The position numbers and the translations under genes were made by a program. DNA of 64,000 nucleotides from Centroscyllium fabricii (lineage: Eukaryota), in contig JBNRSN020000007.1 in assembly GCA_051313645.2 (NCBI GenBank), forward strand, positions 275,094,001 through 275,158,000, read 5' to 3'. Below, one piece after another: positions 12,675-25,806 of the stretch (within the stretch, counting starts at the first letter, position 1; every line of letters begins with the position of its first letter). The notes beneath the pieces are model-generated. The model was given only the letters and a program-made list of their open reading frames with translations. It did no database searches and was not told the DNA's origin.

Positions 12675-13699
12675 TAACAAGAGATACAGGCTACAGAAAC
12701 TTGTCAAAATGTCTTATCAAATGTGAGTAAAGGGCAGATTTGGTGAATAGCTGATATTTCTATTTCTAAAATGTTAGATGAGGTTCCTCTCTGGAGGTTT
12801 GCCAAAATGCTGAATAAAACATGATTGAAAAAGTGAAAACTGCTGTCATGAGTAAGAAATTGTTGAGTTGGGAATTACTAATAGCATACCTTGGGATCTG
12901 TCCAGATCCTCTGTCTCTACCAGCCGGACAGTGAATTTATCTATTCTACATGCATTGGCCCCTCCGTTTGGAATCTAGGAAAGTGATCAGCAAAATATAA
13001 AAGAGAATTATAATTTAGTTGGTAGAAATTGGAATGAAAATGAGAAAATGGGGTGTACCCCCTGTATCAGTGGATCTAATAAATGGGCTAGAAGGCTTAA
13101 TGACCTCTTAATTGTAAATTCCTTTAATTCTCTTCATCATAGTTGCTCACTCTAATTAATAATAATCCATTATACAGGAGTGGTACAATTTGCATAATAT
13201 TATATGCTACTCAGATGGGATATGTGGAATTAACCATTCTGGTAATTTGAGAATTTGTTGATGATACTGTATAAGATTGAATGCTATAACTTGCATCTAT
13301 TTTGAAAGTTTAAACTTTACAAATCTAGTTTCAGCGTAAGGCGAGCCATATATATTATTTGACACATAATGAAACTTGCTCGAAGTTTATTCAAATTGCC
13401 TTTGGAGTTTATTCCTTCCATGATTGGCTTTCTTGGATCTGTGGCAGGTCTAGCAGATGGAGTAGTGGGTAGGTTTCAGTTTAAAACATTTGAACAATGT
13501 AAAGCATAAACTCTTCAAACTTTTTCTGAGGTAACTTTGAAAGCAAACAAATGTATGTTATACACTAGCTGATCTCCCACAATAGTAATTGGCAGGAACT
13601 AAACACAGATGCAGCTAAAGAGAACTCCAGCAATTGAGGAAGGACTCAGGTAGGAATGCCTCTTTTAATCTACCTGTAAGGAGTCACTGGGTTGCCCCA

Positions 13700-14040
13700 A
13701 TGTCATCAGCCCCCAAAAGTCTAACAGAAGTGCCCCCTTTTTAGAGGGCACAATTAATAAAACCCAAATCATACAAAAGAAAACTTAATAAATGAAATCA
13801 TAATATTATTTCCAGTATCAACTTACACACTCAGCCCCTACGGTGCCGACCGGTCGCGGAAGGCGTCAAGGATACTGGCGGACACCGCATACTCCTTCTC
13901 CAGGGACACCTGGGCGTGGACAAGACTGCAGAAGAGAGGCAGGCAGCCAGGGCGTTTTCCCCCAAGGGCCTCATCCAACCCGGACCTACAATGGCCACCT
14001 TGGTCCAGCCCTGCAGCAGACCCACGAGGACTTGGGTGGG
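13700..14040 (-). mobile_element. Tx1/L1-clade LINE 3' fragment
   Basis: CLPLFCSLVHAQVSLEKEYAVSASILDAFRDR resembles Tx1 ORF2 C-termini. Confidence 0.55.
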
Positions 14041-14872
14041 AATGACTCAGGTCTTTTTATTTTGTACTGCGTTTCTTTCATTGATATTTATATTCTGAAC
14101 TCAAAATCCATTGTTCATATGAACAACAGTAGGGTGTGGGAAAACTGTACTGTATCCATGTTTGAATGAGATTCTGAGTAAAAATCCTGAATTTAAACAA
14201 TTGTTTAAAAATTAATTTATGTCTTGTAAGTACTGTTGCAGAGATATTTGGTAATGAAGAAAATTAGTTGACCTTTAATTTTAAGAAGTATTTATGTCCG
14301 GTACTGTGGAAAAAGTATGCAAACGTAAAAATAATGTTCAATATATAACACCCAATGGAGTTCAGTAAATTATCTGTATTTATTGTCAACCTTATAAGGA
14401 TGAAACATTTGACAGCAAAAGTACTGAAAGTAATCATTTCCTTGTCCATATCAATCATAAACTAATTAGACTTTTGAAATGTGCACAATACTCTACTTAG
14501 ATAAAATGTATAAAAATGTGTGATACAGTCAGTAAATTGAAGATCAATAACAGGAGTCATATTGTGATGTTCGAATCACTTCATCAGTTAATGTATTTTC
14601 TAAAACTAATCATCTCTTTTTAGTTCTTTGCAGTTACAGTCTATCATATGGTTGAAATTCGTTATGGTATATCGCAATTAGGCACCATATTTTGCATAAT
14701 TAAAAAATACATTTGCCATATCATTCATCATCTGTAACCCAAGAGAACACATATTTAAACTCAATTGCTTTGCCATCATGTAATTTTAGGTTGATACAGA
14801 GTTCTTTCCACAGTTCAATATTTCGACCGAACTGCTGGGACAACAATTCCTCTGATTTCTACAGCATTTTCT

Positions 14873-16043
14873 TTTATTAGCACCAGTTACACAAGCTGAT
14901 TATGTAGTATTGGCCATTGATTTAATGGCAACTTTGGTTTGTACAATTTCCATTTGGCTAATAAATATTCAGAATAAACCATTAGGCATGAATCACATAA
15001 TTAAGCGATTTTTATACAAATGATCAATAATGGAGAATAACTATCTTAATTTCTTTTGAGGTATCTTGTGTACTTAAGAGATATTGTCTATGGTTTACAG
15101 AATGATTTCTCCGTTGCACCTCAAGAAAGCTCAACTTGCAGGTTCAGAAATCCATAGTTATCACCTGGTGATCTAGATGGTTTCATAGTTTATCTCTTAC
15201 ATAATAATTGCTGAAAACTGTGTCATAGTTATACTTTTATTCACAACACATTTTAAAATAGTGTCTCAAAGGTAAATACAGCTCGTCTGTATTCTTTTGG
15301 ATATGCAAAACATTAGCATTATTAAAATAACCTTTCTACAATGTAATACATGACAAATGCTGCTCAATCCTTTTTTCCCCATTAACAATCTATGTATATT
15401 CCTGTGTACAGATTGGAAGCCTTGATCTTTTTAATATATATATTTATAGATTATAGATGAATTGATTCATCTGTTTTTAAAAAGGCAAAATATTTTAAAA
15501 GTTCTATAACAAAAAAGGAACTGACTGCATTCTTAGTATAACATTAAAATATTCAAAGCAGAAGTGAACTATCGGTCCATCGAAAGAACCAATATTTCAA
15601 CATAACATACAATAATTTCTGTTTACACTTTCCCTTTAAATTATTAAGTTATTCAGCCGAACAGGATCAGTCGTTATTACTGATCTAATGAAATTAATTG
15701 CACTCACAAATAGTTTACAAGAAGTCACTTTGAAAGAATGGTTTTGATTTCATTCATACTTTTGAGATGAACAGCATACGTTTCACTTGATCGCTTGTTG
15801 CCAGGGATGTCGAAATTTACTGATTCACAAATAAAGCTTGTACCCAGATCCGGAATCAAGAGTGTTTGCAGGAAATGCTGGGACGATCGGATATGTGAGT
15901 TTTTTTGCGGCATTTCACCAATTAGGAATACGCAATACAAATATGTGGGTTCAAGTTATTTCTTTCAACTCCTCAGGGTATCTGGGTTGTCCACTCAATG
16001 ATAAAGTAGAAAAGTTGGACCATTAGCTGCAAGAAAGACCATA
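14873..16043 (-). other. Probable GATA5 3' UTR
   Basis: AT-rich, repeat-free stretch after the stop; minus-strand AATAAA at 14873-14878, with other candidates near 15236 and 14379; true end unknown. Confidence 0.5.
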
Positions 16044-16208
16044 TTATGCCAGTGCCAAGGCACACCAAGAGTCTTGTCTGAGTGGAACATTAACTCCAGT
16101 CTGTGGGATCACAGTGGCTGAGGTATAAGAATAATCTTCGGTTACGTATTTCAACTGTGAAGGACCAGGGTTCAAGTCTTCTCGGCTTATCATTGCTGTG
16201 GGCGGAGC
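16044..16208 (-). CDS. GATA5: GATA5 last coding exon
   Basis: APPTAMISREDLNPGPSQLKYVTEDYSYTSATVIPQTGVNVPLRQDSWCALALA*; the WCALALA C-terminus is characteristic of GATA5; 165 nt. Confidence 0.95.
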   Translation of the reverse strand, partial: APPTAMISREDLNPGPSQLKYVTEDYSYTSATVIPQTGVNVPLRQDSWCALALA

Positions 16209-16564
16209 CTACAGAAATAAGAATCACTAAACTTATTCCAATAGTAACGCACAAAATTATTTACAATATTTACACTTATCCCTTTCCAACTAAAATGTGT
16301 TTGTTGCATTTTTAAATAAATATGTTGCTTATTATATAACTGTAAAATTGCTATTCTGCAATCATATTTTCATATTTTGTTTTTTTATATGTATTAAATC
16401 CATAAATGAAACTAAATTCAATAATTACTTCAAGAATTGTTCAATTATCATGTATAAAGAATCAGTTAATTGCTTATTTTACTCCAACTTTTAAATAATC
16501 AATTCTCAGGTTATGCTTGATTAGATTAAGTACAAAAGGATGTTACACTTCCTTGTTACTTTAC

Positions 16565-16689
16565 CTGAGAAACGGACACGACTGTTTGACCTGCATATGG
16601 AGAGGAGGCCAGATCAGATTCAGTTTTAATAGTTGATGCATTTTCAGAGTTCGATATAGAAGATGGGGAGTTGGTTCCCGAAGTTGTGC
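16565..16689 (-). CDS. GATA5: GATA5 coding exon 5
   Basis: Hand translation (G)TTSGTNSPSSISNSENASTIKTESDLASSPYAGQTVVSVSQ; 125 nt, phase 1 to 0; AG acceptor, GTAAAG donor. Confidence 0.9.
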
Positions 16690-16759
16690 CTTAAAGAAAA
16701 CAGAATTTGGTAATTAATTCAATTTATTAGCAGTATGAACTATAACAAAGATGATAAAA

Positions 16760-16965
16760 ACAACAGAAAATGCTGGAGAAACTCAGCAGGCCAGGCAGCA
16801 TTGGTGGAGAGAGAAACAGAGTTGACGTTTCAGGTTGAAGAGAGGTCATCGACCTGAAACGTTAACTCTGTTTCTCTCTCCACCGATGCTGCCCGGCCTG
16901 CTGAGTTTCTCCAGCGTTTTCTGTTGTTATTTTGGATTTCCAGCATCCGCAGTATTTTGCTATCG
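16760..16965. mobile_element. Palindromic mini-PLE, family B
   Basis: AACAGAAAATGCTGG...CCAGCGTTTTCTGTT inverted arms around GACCTGAAACGTT; asymmetric tail; imperfect TSD TATAACA(A/G)AGAT. Confidence 0.7.
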
Positions 16966-17179
16966 TATAACAGAGATAATTAAGTCTCATTTGATTATTG
17001 AAATATTATTTCAATTAATGTAGAAAGAACTGACATTTCTGCAACAAATTATCGGGGGGATCAAATTGATCAAAGCCTGTAGCGCAAAATGGGCCGTTAG
17101 CGAATTGGCAGTCCATTTTACCCCACGTCGAATTTTCGTTTCCATTGTGGAAAAGCTCTTCCCATCCAATTAATTATTT

Positions 17180-17480
17180 CTGAAGGGCACATAGGCAGCC
17201 AATTTTGCATATAGCAAGACTTGACAAGCAGCAAATGAGATGAATGATTAACTAGCTGTTTTTGGTGGCATTGGTTGAAGCAGGAATCTTGGGCAGGCCA
17301 TCAGCAAAAGCAATTGTTCTTATTCAAAGGGTACCATGGAAGAGAGTAACTCCAACAATTCAGCACTCCCTTCGATATTGCACGGAATTCTCAGCATAGA
17401 TTATGTGCTCAACTGGGGCTTAAATCCACAACGTTCTGATTCAGGAGGCACAAGTGATAGCAACTAAATCAATCTGGCAA
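17180..17480 (-). mobile_element. Old DeuSINE/SacSINE1-like copy
   Basis: Degenerate match to 2878-3090 and 5603-5716. Confidence 0.6.
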
Positions 17481-18109
17481 CATAACAATTAATTAGGAGC
17501 AGGGATGGATATTGTTTTTTACCTGACTAAAATACGTAACAGTAAAATGTTCCTTGAAGCAGTCACAAGACAATCTTGGCACTATCGTCAGTGAGATTTC
17601 TAAACTGATTGCATATAGTGACGGGCTACTATAGTATTAAACAATCCTGTCATCTCAAGCAAGAAAAAAACTTTTTACACATTTCCATGTACACGGATTA
17701 GGTATTCACCCGTTATCAAATCCAAGCTCTCAAAATTTACCCCAGTGAAGTTGCAACAATATTAATTATAGCAAGAGGCATGGTAGCAATAGTGTTTAGA
17801 TCACAGGACCTATCAAAAAAAATCAACTGCTGGTGGGTTTTAGAAAAGATCTGCTTGCTCTAAGTTGTTTGGGAGTATCCTTATATTAAAAAAGATATGA
17901 AAATATCCATCCTTGGTTTGATAAGTTATAAGATTGGATTTTCTTGAGGTATGTTCGAACCCAACCCCTTTCTGCATGTTTTATTTCATTCTTTACCTTA
18001 AAAAGATACCATGCACTCCAACATCTTCTGAAATGCTTAAATGTTCTTTCTTTCTTCGGTCACATAAGTTTCCATTCTTCACTCTCTATTCTTTTCAACA
18101 TTAACAAAT

Positions 18110-18783
18110 GTACAGCAGGTGATCAGGAAGGTCAATGGAATCTTGGCTTTTATTGCAAGGAGGATGGAGTATAAAAGCAGGGAAGTCTTGCTGCAGTTAT
18201 ACAGGGTACTGGTGAGGCCACACCTGGAATACTGCGTACAGTTTTGGTTTCCATATTTAAGAAAAGATATGCTTGCTCTCGAGGCAGTTCAGAGAAGGTT
18301 CACTCAGTTGATTCCAGAGATGAGGGGGTTGACTTTTGAGGAAAGGTTGAGTAGGTTGGGCCTCTACTCATTGGAATTCCGAAGAATGAGAGGCGATCTT
18401 ATCGAAACATGTAAGATTGTGAAGGGGCTTGATCGGGTGGATGCGGTGAGGATGTTTCCACTGATGGGTGAGACTAGAACTAGGGGCCATAATCTTAGAA
18501 TAAGGGGCTGCCCTTTCAAAACTGAGATGAGGAGAAACTTCTTCACTCAGAGGGTGGTAAATCTATGGAATTTACTGCCTCAGAGAGCTGTGGAAGCTGC
18601 AACATTAAATACATTTAAAACGGAGATAGACAGTTTCCTAACTGATAAGGGAAAAGGGGTTACGGGGAGCGGGCAGGGAAGTGGACGCAAGTCTAAGTTC
18701 GGATCAGCCATGATCCTATTGAATGGCGGAGCGGCCCGAGGGGCCGTATGGCCTACTCCTGCTCCTACTTCTCATGTTCTTAT
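18110..18783 (+). mobile_element. CR1 3' fragment
   Basis: LYRVLVRPHLEYCVQFW...LEAVQRRFT...RGDLIETCKI. Confidence 0.93.
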
Positions 18784-19634
18784 GGCTGACTGGCTACACA
18801 TTATTTCCACTGAATCTCAGACTCTTTTGTGTGATCTAGGCAGATGATGGGAGGCTAAGGGGGAAGCATGTTGCTGGCTGCTTTGCACACATTTGAGGTC
18901 AGAGGTAGCATTAATGTGGAAGTATGAGACTCCTTTAGTACGTATGTATTATTACATATTTAATAAAATTGAAAGCAGACTGGTAATGCAAGAGGAATGG
19001 TGAACTCAAGACCATTAAGAAGAATTACTTTTTGGAGAGGATACATATGGCAGAGCACTTGGTAACATTAAGTTGTGGGAATGTTGCTCTTTCTGACAGC
19101 TCCCTAATCTTCCTGTCCTTTTCTACTCTGGGATGTGGCTGCGGCAATAATCCTCAGCCTGCCTAATCTCCTAACTTGATGCAAGCTCAATGAGCAGCAA
19201 CTTGGCTTTCTATTAGGCACTCCTCAGCCCTCTGGCCTTAAAATTGATGTTAACAACTATAGCTCCCATTTTCATCGCACATGTTGGCAATATCGGGTGG
19301 GTATGTGAACATTTCTGGGGAAGGGGGACTGGCAGGTAGTGAGTTGGTGCGTGAAATGGGGACTCTACCCCCATCGGAACACCATACTGACAGAGTGGTC
19401 TTGGTGTCGATCTGCTTTTTTCTCTTCTACCAGAATTTGTAATTAATTTGATGGGCCTGTCCCAAGCCCTCAACCTCCCACAGGGTGCCACTCTTTCGCA
19501 CTTCTTGGAGAGGAAAATTTGCTCCCTCATAAACTCTGTTTGGAGTTTTCCTGTGTATGGTTGAAGTATGAACCAGAGCAAAATAAAGTGACTTTATTTA
19601 AGGTTTTCAAATTAATTGAAGGTGTTGATGAACA

Positions 19635-19725
19635 CATGGGAGTAGGATGTTGTTGCTATCACGGAGACATGGTTGAGGGAGGGACAGGACTGGCAGTTCA
19701 ATATTCCGGGGTATAGAATTTTTAG
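19635..19725 (+). mobile_element. CR1 APE endonuclease fragment
   Basis: DVVAITETWLREGQDWQFNIPGYRIF. Confidence 0.7.
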
Positions 19726-19729
19726 GCGA

Positions 19730-19903
19730 GACGGGGATAGGGTGGGATATGTGTCGATGCAGGCTCGATAGCGATTGAGGGATGTGGGGACAAGGCAGGG
19801 ACAGGGTGCTGGGTTTGGATGATCAGCCATGATCTCATTGAATGGCGGAGCAGGCTCGAAGGGCCGAATGGCCTACTCCTGCTCCTATCTTCTATGTTTC
19901 TAT
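19730..19903 (+). mobile_element. V-SINE 3' fragment, long tail
   Basis: Matches 160-337. Confidence 0.8.
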
Positions 19904-20236
19904 GACAGAGGCATAATTCTGAGAAAATGTTGTGGCGCAATTTTATTCTATCGGGAGAGAACCATGCCGCAGTGTGGTGGTACAGTGCGTCCTGCACCAA
20001 CACACGGTACCAGACAGTGGGAAGACACAGTTTTTGTGCCTACAACCTCTTACATGTTTAGAAAAAGCAAGACACTTCCCCAGTACACTGCTCCTACTGA
20101 CCAGCACCATTGGCTTGGTATTGGCCATCTGACCACCCTCTTGGTAATAGACTTGATGGATAGCACAGGGAAACCTAAAAAAAGTGGATGCAAATAACTG
20201 GATTAATACAAATAAGAGCATGAGTAATCCACATAC

Positions 20237-20324
20237 CTGAGGAACCTTTGGATTTGTTAACATTCTTAGGTTTTCTTTTTCTTGTCTGGATACTTTCTTT
20301 CTTCATGGCCAGTGGGCGTGCTAC
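20237..20324 (-). CDS. GATA5: GATA5 coding exon 4 (basic region/NLS)
   Basis: [29 protein letters not shown](G); cAG acceptor, GTATGT donor; 88 nt. Confidence 0.95.
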
Positions 20325-20702
20325 CTGCCAGATAAAAACACAATACAACTGTGACTCCAATCCTATACATAAAACAAATGATTGGATATTACTTTGCATG
20401 CTGCACCAAGTACGACATCAAATCAAGATTAAAACCAAATATGTTGTGGTTTTGTTTTAGGTTCAGTGGAACCCGCTCCAAATGGTGACTTGTGGGTTGT
20501 TCTCTTTTGTGCCCTGGAGATGCTTGGATTTTCACACCTATTAAGGTTCAGATCAACACCGATGCGCAACAAAAATCTCCCAATGGAACTGGTAGATGTA
20601 AACTGTCTTTAAAATTTAGTGCTGGAAATATTATCTAGATACTGATTATGAGCATCTATGGTTAACAGTAGGCACAGTTGGGGCTCATTTCTTTCAGCTA
20701 TA

Positions 20703-21184
20703 CAGGTCCGGCACCGTTAATCCGGACACCAGTAATCCGGAAACTTCAGTCGTCCGGAACGAATCCGGCCATCTGGTCTGCGCATGTGCAAAATGGCCGC
20801 CACGCCTGGCTACGCATGTCCGGGCCTCTCCCCGATTACCAGACTGGTCTGCGCTTGTGCAAAGTGGCCGCCACGCTTGGTTGCGCATGCCCGGGCCTCT
20901 CCCCGACCGCCCGACCGCTCTGCGCATGCACAAAATGGCCGCTGTGCTTGGCTGCGCATGCGCAAAATGGCCACCGCACTTGGCTGCGCATGCCCGGGCC
21001 TCTCCCCGAACAATTGATGCTTCGGTGAGCACATGCGCAGACCATTCAAAATGGCCACCGGCCTTTGCGGTGGCCATTTTGAATGGTCTGCGCATGCGCT
21101 CGCCGAAGCTTCAATCATTCGGATTTTTCACTAGTCTGCCACCGGCCGAGTCCTGCTGGTGCTGGATTAATGGTGTCGGACCTG
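20703..21184. mobile_element. Tigger/pogo-like MITE, complete (482 bp)
   Basis: TA|CAGGTCCGGCACCGTTAATCC ... GGATTAATGGTGTCGGACCTG|TA. Confidence 0.85.
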
Positions 21185-21902
21185 TACCTGTTCCCAATAC
21201 CCTTTCAGGATTCAGTAACTGTCATAGTGTTCCTCGTACCATGTCAATCTGTGATAACCCTCCTGATATTTACAGGAAGCTGCTCCTATGATTACTGGAC
21301 CATAGTAACAAATCCTATTGATGTAACAAAGTTTTGAGGTTCTGTTCATTACAATTTTGTATCATTTTTTGTGGAACAATGACACAATTATACATAAATA
21401 ATATTAGCAGATCTAACCAATATACATTCATTTTCAATACCACTTGAGAAAGGTTTGCAAATCGGAACATGTATGTATGAGATGGGTCAATGTTCAGACA
21501 ACTTGCTGGAATGAATTGTTGATTTTCTATATTCTACTGTTAGTGTTCAGTGATTTTACTTTTGAATATAACATTTCTTAATACTTGATATTAATCTACT
21601 TTAAGAATTATATATTGAAGTATTTTGTTTTCAAGCTCAGACTTAGAGAATGGAGGATATACTTTCTGTATTCTGTTTTCATAATAAGGATGCATATTAA
21701 AAATCAAAATAAATTAAGGTGAGATTACATAATACTGTATATCCTCTGACACACATAGAAGAACTTGGCACCTCCACAAAAAAAATTCTTTAAATCTACA
21801 TTAAAGCCCATTTAAACTTTCAATCCCAAAGACTGTAATAAGTCATGCTCTGGATAATCTGAAGTGAATGTGATCTGTTAGGGAACTGAGTTACAGACTT
21901 CA

Positions 21903-22425
21903 GTCAGTTTGGCTCAGTGGTAGCATTCTCATCACGGAGTCAGGAAGTTATGAGTTCATAGCCCTACTCCAAGAAAATGAAGAGGTTAAGGGTTCAAGCC
22001 CTACTTCAAGACGTGAGGAGGTTATGGGTTCGAGCCCTACTTCAAGACGTGAGGAGGTTATGGGTTGAGCCCTACTCCAAGACATGAGCACATCACTTTG
22101 AAACTGCATTGTCAGTGGTGCTGTCTTACAGATAAGATATTAAGCCAAGGTTGTGTCTACCTGTTCCAGTGGCAATAAAAGATCCCATAGCACTTTTTGT
22201 AGAAGGGCAGAGTGTTCTCCTGATGTCCTGGCTAACCTTCACCCCTTCAGCACCAAAATGAGAAATGTATTCCCTTTGCTTTTTGTGGAACCATGCTGTG
22301 CACAAATTGGACTACTGTGTTTAACTACTTAGGAGTAGTAACTAGACCTACAAATGTCATTACTTACTTGTGAAGTGATTTGATGCATCATGAGGGCATC
22401 ATAAGGTGCTATATTAATGCAATTT
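21903..22425 (+). mobile_element. DeuSINE/SacSINE1-like element with a tandem-duplicated B-box region
   Basis: TGGCTCAGTGGTAG A-box, repeated GGTTCRAGCC, Deu-like body, GCTATATTAATGCAA tail. Confidence 0.7.
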
Positions 22426-23100
22426 TGTTCTTTCTTTGTCTACTTCTGTTGAAGCATTGATAGGTGTCTTCTTGACACTTTCACTGCATTTTTCAGCTTG
22501 CTGGAAAATATCAGGAGATTCACCTCAGGCTGTTTTTACCAGCCTGATATCAATGTCAAGTTGTGTAGCATATGCCAAAATTACAAGAGGTAAGCATTCT
22601 CCTTTGATCTACCATCAGTGTTGGTGCCTCTATACTGTCTGTAGTAACACAGCATTGTTTTGGGCAGGAGGAGATCATTGGTCTTCGTTCCACACCTTCA
22701 ATCAGTTTCCTCACCTAAGGCTTTCTTTACCCTTTCCTAATAACAATTAATTTAATCTGGTTTTATAATCTGCCATGGATGTTTGTTCCACTGCTGCCAC
22801 TGATGATCTTTTCAAACACCCTCTCACAAAAAAGGCTGCCTAAATTTCCTATTGTTGTCACCCTTAAAACTGTGCCCCATAATCCTTAAACCCTACACTT
22901 GACAGAAGAACTTCCCTCGATCTAAACCTGAAAGACTTCAATCAAGTCTTCCTCTCATCATCATCCTCTCCAGAAAGTAAAGAATCTCAGTAGACAAAAC
23001 TTTCCTCACAACTCAGTCTCTGAGTTCAGGAATCAACCTTGTAACCTTCCTCTGAACTCTTTCCAACAAGTCCCCCTTTTTATTTTAATATGGAGATCAA

Positions 23101-23892
23101 GGGGGGATTTTTCTCAGTCCATGAGGGCGGCGATCCGGCGCGGCGGGGCCTAAAATCATGGAACTGGGAGGTTGCCACCGGCTTGTAAGTTTCGGGCGGC
23201 GTGTCCCGCCGTCCCGAAACTTTCCCGCCCGCCGCCGGCAGGGATGCTCGTTAATGTAATTGAGGGCCCTTAATTGGACTGGATAATGCCATTTTAAGGG
23301 CCCTCAGCTATTTTCCACCCCTTCCCACCCAAACCCTGCCATCCTGAAACCCCGCTGGTGAAACCCAGCGGGAGCACAGTGGCCTTGGTCACTTTCTCCT
23401 TCAAGGTATTGAAGGACCAAGAGCAGAATGATTTCCAGGCTTTCAATACCCTGGAGGTGTAAGTGACTCCCTTGGGTGAAGACCAGCTGTGCGAAAAAAC
23501 TTAAAAATCTTACCTTCACAGCTCCATTTTGACAGCTCCATTGAGACATGCTCCCTAGCTGTCAAAGATTTGCAGCCCGCCCGTCCACCTGTCACTCAGA
23601 GCACTTGGCCTTTCCGATTGGTTGCACTCCACTGTTATGTCACAGTGGAGTGTTTCCATGGGAATTGTCAACAAACAGTCCCTGGAACTGTCTGTCAAGC
23701 TGCTTGAACCCCGCTGGAGCTCCCTGATTGCCGACTCGATTGAGGCAATTACCAGGGGTTCCCCGCACGCGGGGATTTAATGGATTAATTTAAGGAAAAT
23801 TGAGTTGGGTTTCCAGGCCCTTGGGCGGGCGGGACAGAAACCCAACCAATCCCCGCCAGCTTCCTGCACCTCCGGGAAAATCCCCCCCCCCC
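23101..23892. mobile_element. Harbinger-type MITE (~790 bp), inserted in an old CR1
   Basis: Termini GGGGGGATTTT / AAAATCCCCCC; homologous to 7226-8015. Confidence 0.75.
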
Positions 23893-25323
23893 TTAATTCA
23901 ACACAGTACTTCAGACGTGCCCTCACCAAGGTCAGCTATGATAGCTTCAATATCACTTCTTTTTGCTTGTAAGTCACACTTCTGGCTATACATTTTATTT
24001 GTTTTCTTCACCACCTTTAAACACTGAACCAACGTTTTAATAACTGAGCCCCCAGGTCTTACTCCTGCTCAGTTACTTTAAGAAGTTATTACATAATCCA
24101 TATTCTTGCTTCTTTCAGCTAATCTCATGACTTCACACTTATACATGTTGAACTCCATCGACCACCTTTCTGCCAATGGATCTAGATCCCTTTGGGTTAT
24201 CACACATTGGTTCGCTTCACAAGTCGTTCCATTCAGTTTGGTGTTAAGTCAATATTCTGTCTTCTAAGTCATTTATTGTAAGTCTATGTGATTTACGAAA
24301 ATTATAAACTACACTGACCCCTGTGGGATTTCATGGCAACTAGTTTCCATTCTGACATCTCCCATGAACTACCATTTTTGCTGTCTGCCTTTCAGCCGCA
24401 CATCAACCCAGCCTAATACTTTTGCAGCTCTGTCATGGACACATACCGTATGAATCAGTCTGTAATGTGGGACAGGGCATAATGCCTTCATGAAATTTAT
24501 AGTTAAAATCTTTGCTGTGAGTTAAATCTAAAAAGATTTTTTTTAATGTTCATCCAAACTGAATTTATGAGAACCTGCCAAGTAGAATTGACAATCACTC
24601 TTTTGAAAATATGACCAATTTTTAAGTATGTCACCCCAGAGGTTAACATAACTCCATGCATTGAAATCTGTTTGCAGACTGGTTTACACTTGTTGATTGT
24701 AATGGACTCTGATTTTTCTCTCACTTGTGATGGAGTGGAGAAGAGAGAATGGTTTGCTGGACTTTACAGTTTCTATTTAACAATTATCATTCCTATCATT
24801 TGCCCAATGTCACCAACTTTGCTTATAACGACTGATGAGCAACTTCCAGATAACTTAGTGACTGAAAGCTGGGTGACCGCACCGAAAGCTACAGAACAAA
24901 GCTCATTTATTAAATAGCCACATAACCAAATGAAAGTCATGAACTCAGAGGCAGGTGTGGAGTCTGGGATTCATTTGAGTTTTATTGAATATCCTTTACC
25001 GATTAACTACCGCTCTGAGGAATCACTTCAACACTGGAATAAAAGCAGCTCAGGGTACGGCCAGCCTACAATTTGTCACTGGAAGTAGTCCGAAAAACAT
25101 GGACTCTGATTTTTCTCTCACTTGTGATGGAGCGGAGAAGAGAGAATGGTTTGCTGGACATTACAGTTTCTATTTAACAATTATTAGTTTCTCTTATTTA
25201 AAATAATAGTGCATTAAAGAACTTTGAAGACTGGTGGTTATATAGAAGTGATACGAACACTGGTGTAATGTTTATATTTTGCCTTTAATCAGTTCACAGC
25301 ATGTTGGCTCATCGGGTCTATTA

Positions 25324-25539
<216 letters not shown>

Positions 25540-25575
25540 CTAAATTTATTATGATCTATGCAGTTATTATATTTC

Positions 25576-25806
25576 TTGCAAGAAGTCACACAACAACAGA
25601 TTATAGTCCAACAGTTTTATTTTAAATCACAAGCTTTTGGAGCGTTCGCCCCTTCGTCAGGTGGAAAGAGAGACTCTTTCCACCTGACGAAGGGGCGAAC
25701 GCTCCGAAAGCTTGTGATTTAAAATAAAACTGTTGGACTATAATCTGGTGTTGTGTGACTTCTTGCAATTGTCCACCCCAGTCCAACACCGGCACCTCCA
25801 CATCAT
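25576..25806. mobile_element. Palindromic mini-PLE, family A
   Basis: ~95-bp inverted arms of the PLE 3' end plus ~37-nt tail; TSD ATTATATTTCTT. Confidence 0.85.

Noticed and set aside
20054-20174. Exon-like segment with AG/GTAAG next to GATA5 exon 4
   Set aside because: It would leave a 62-nt intron, shift the frame (121 nt) and has no GATA similarity; the true next exon is 16565-16689.
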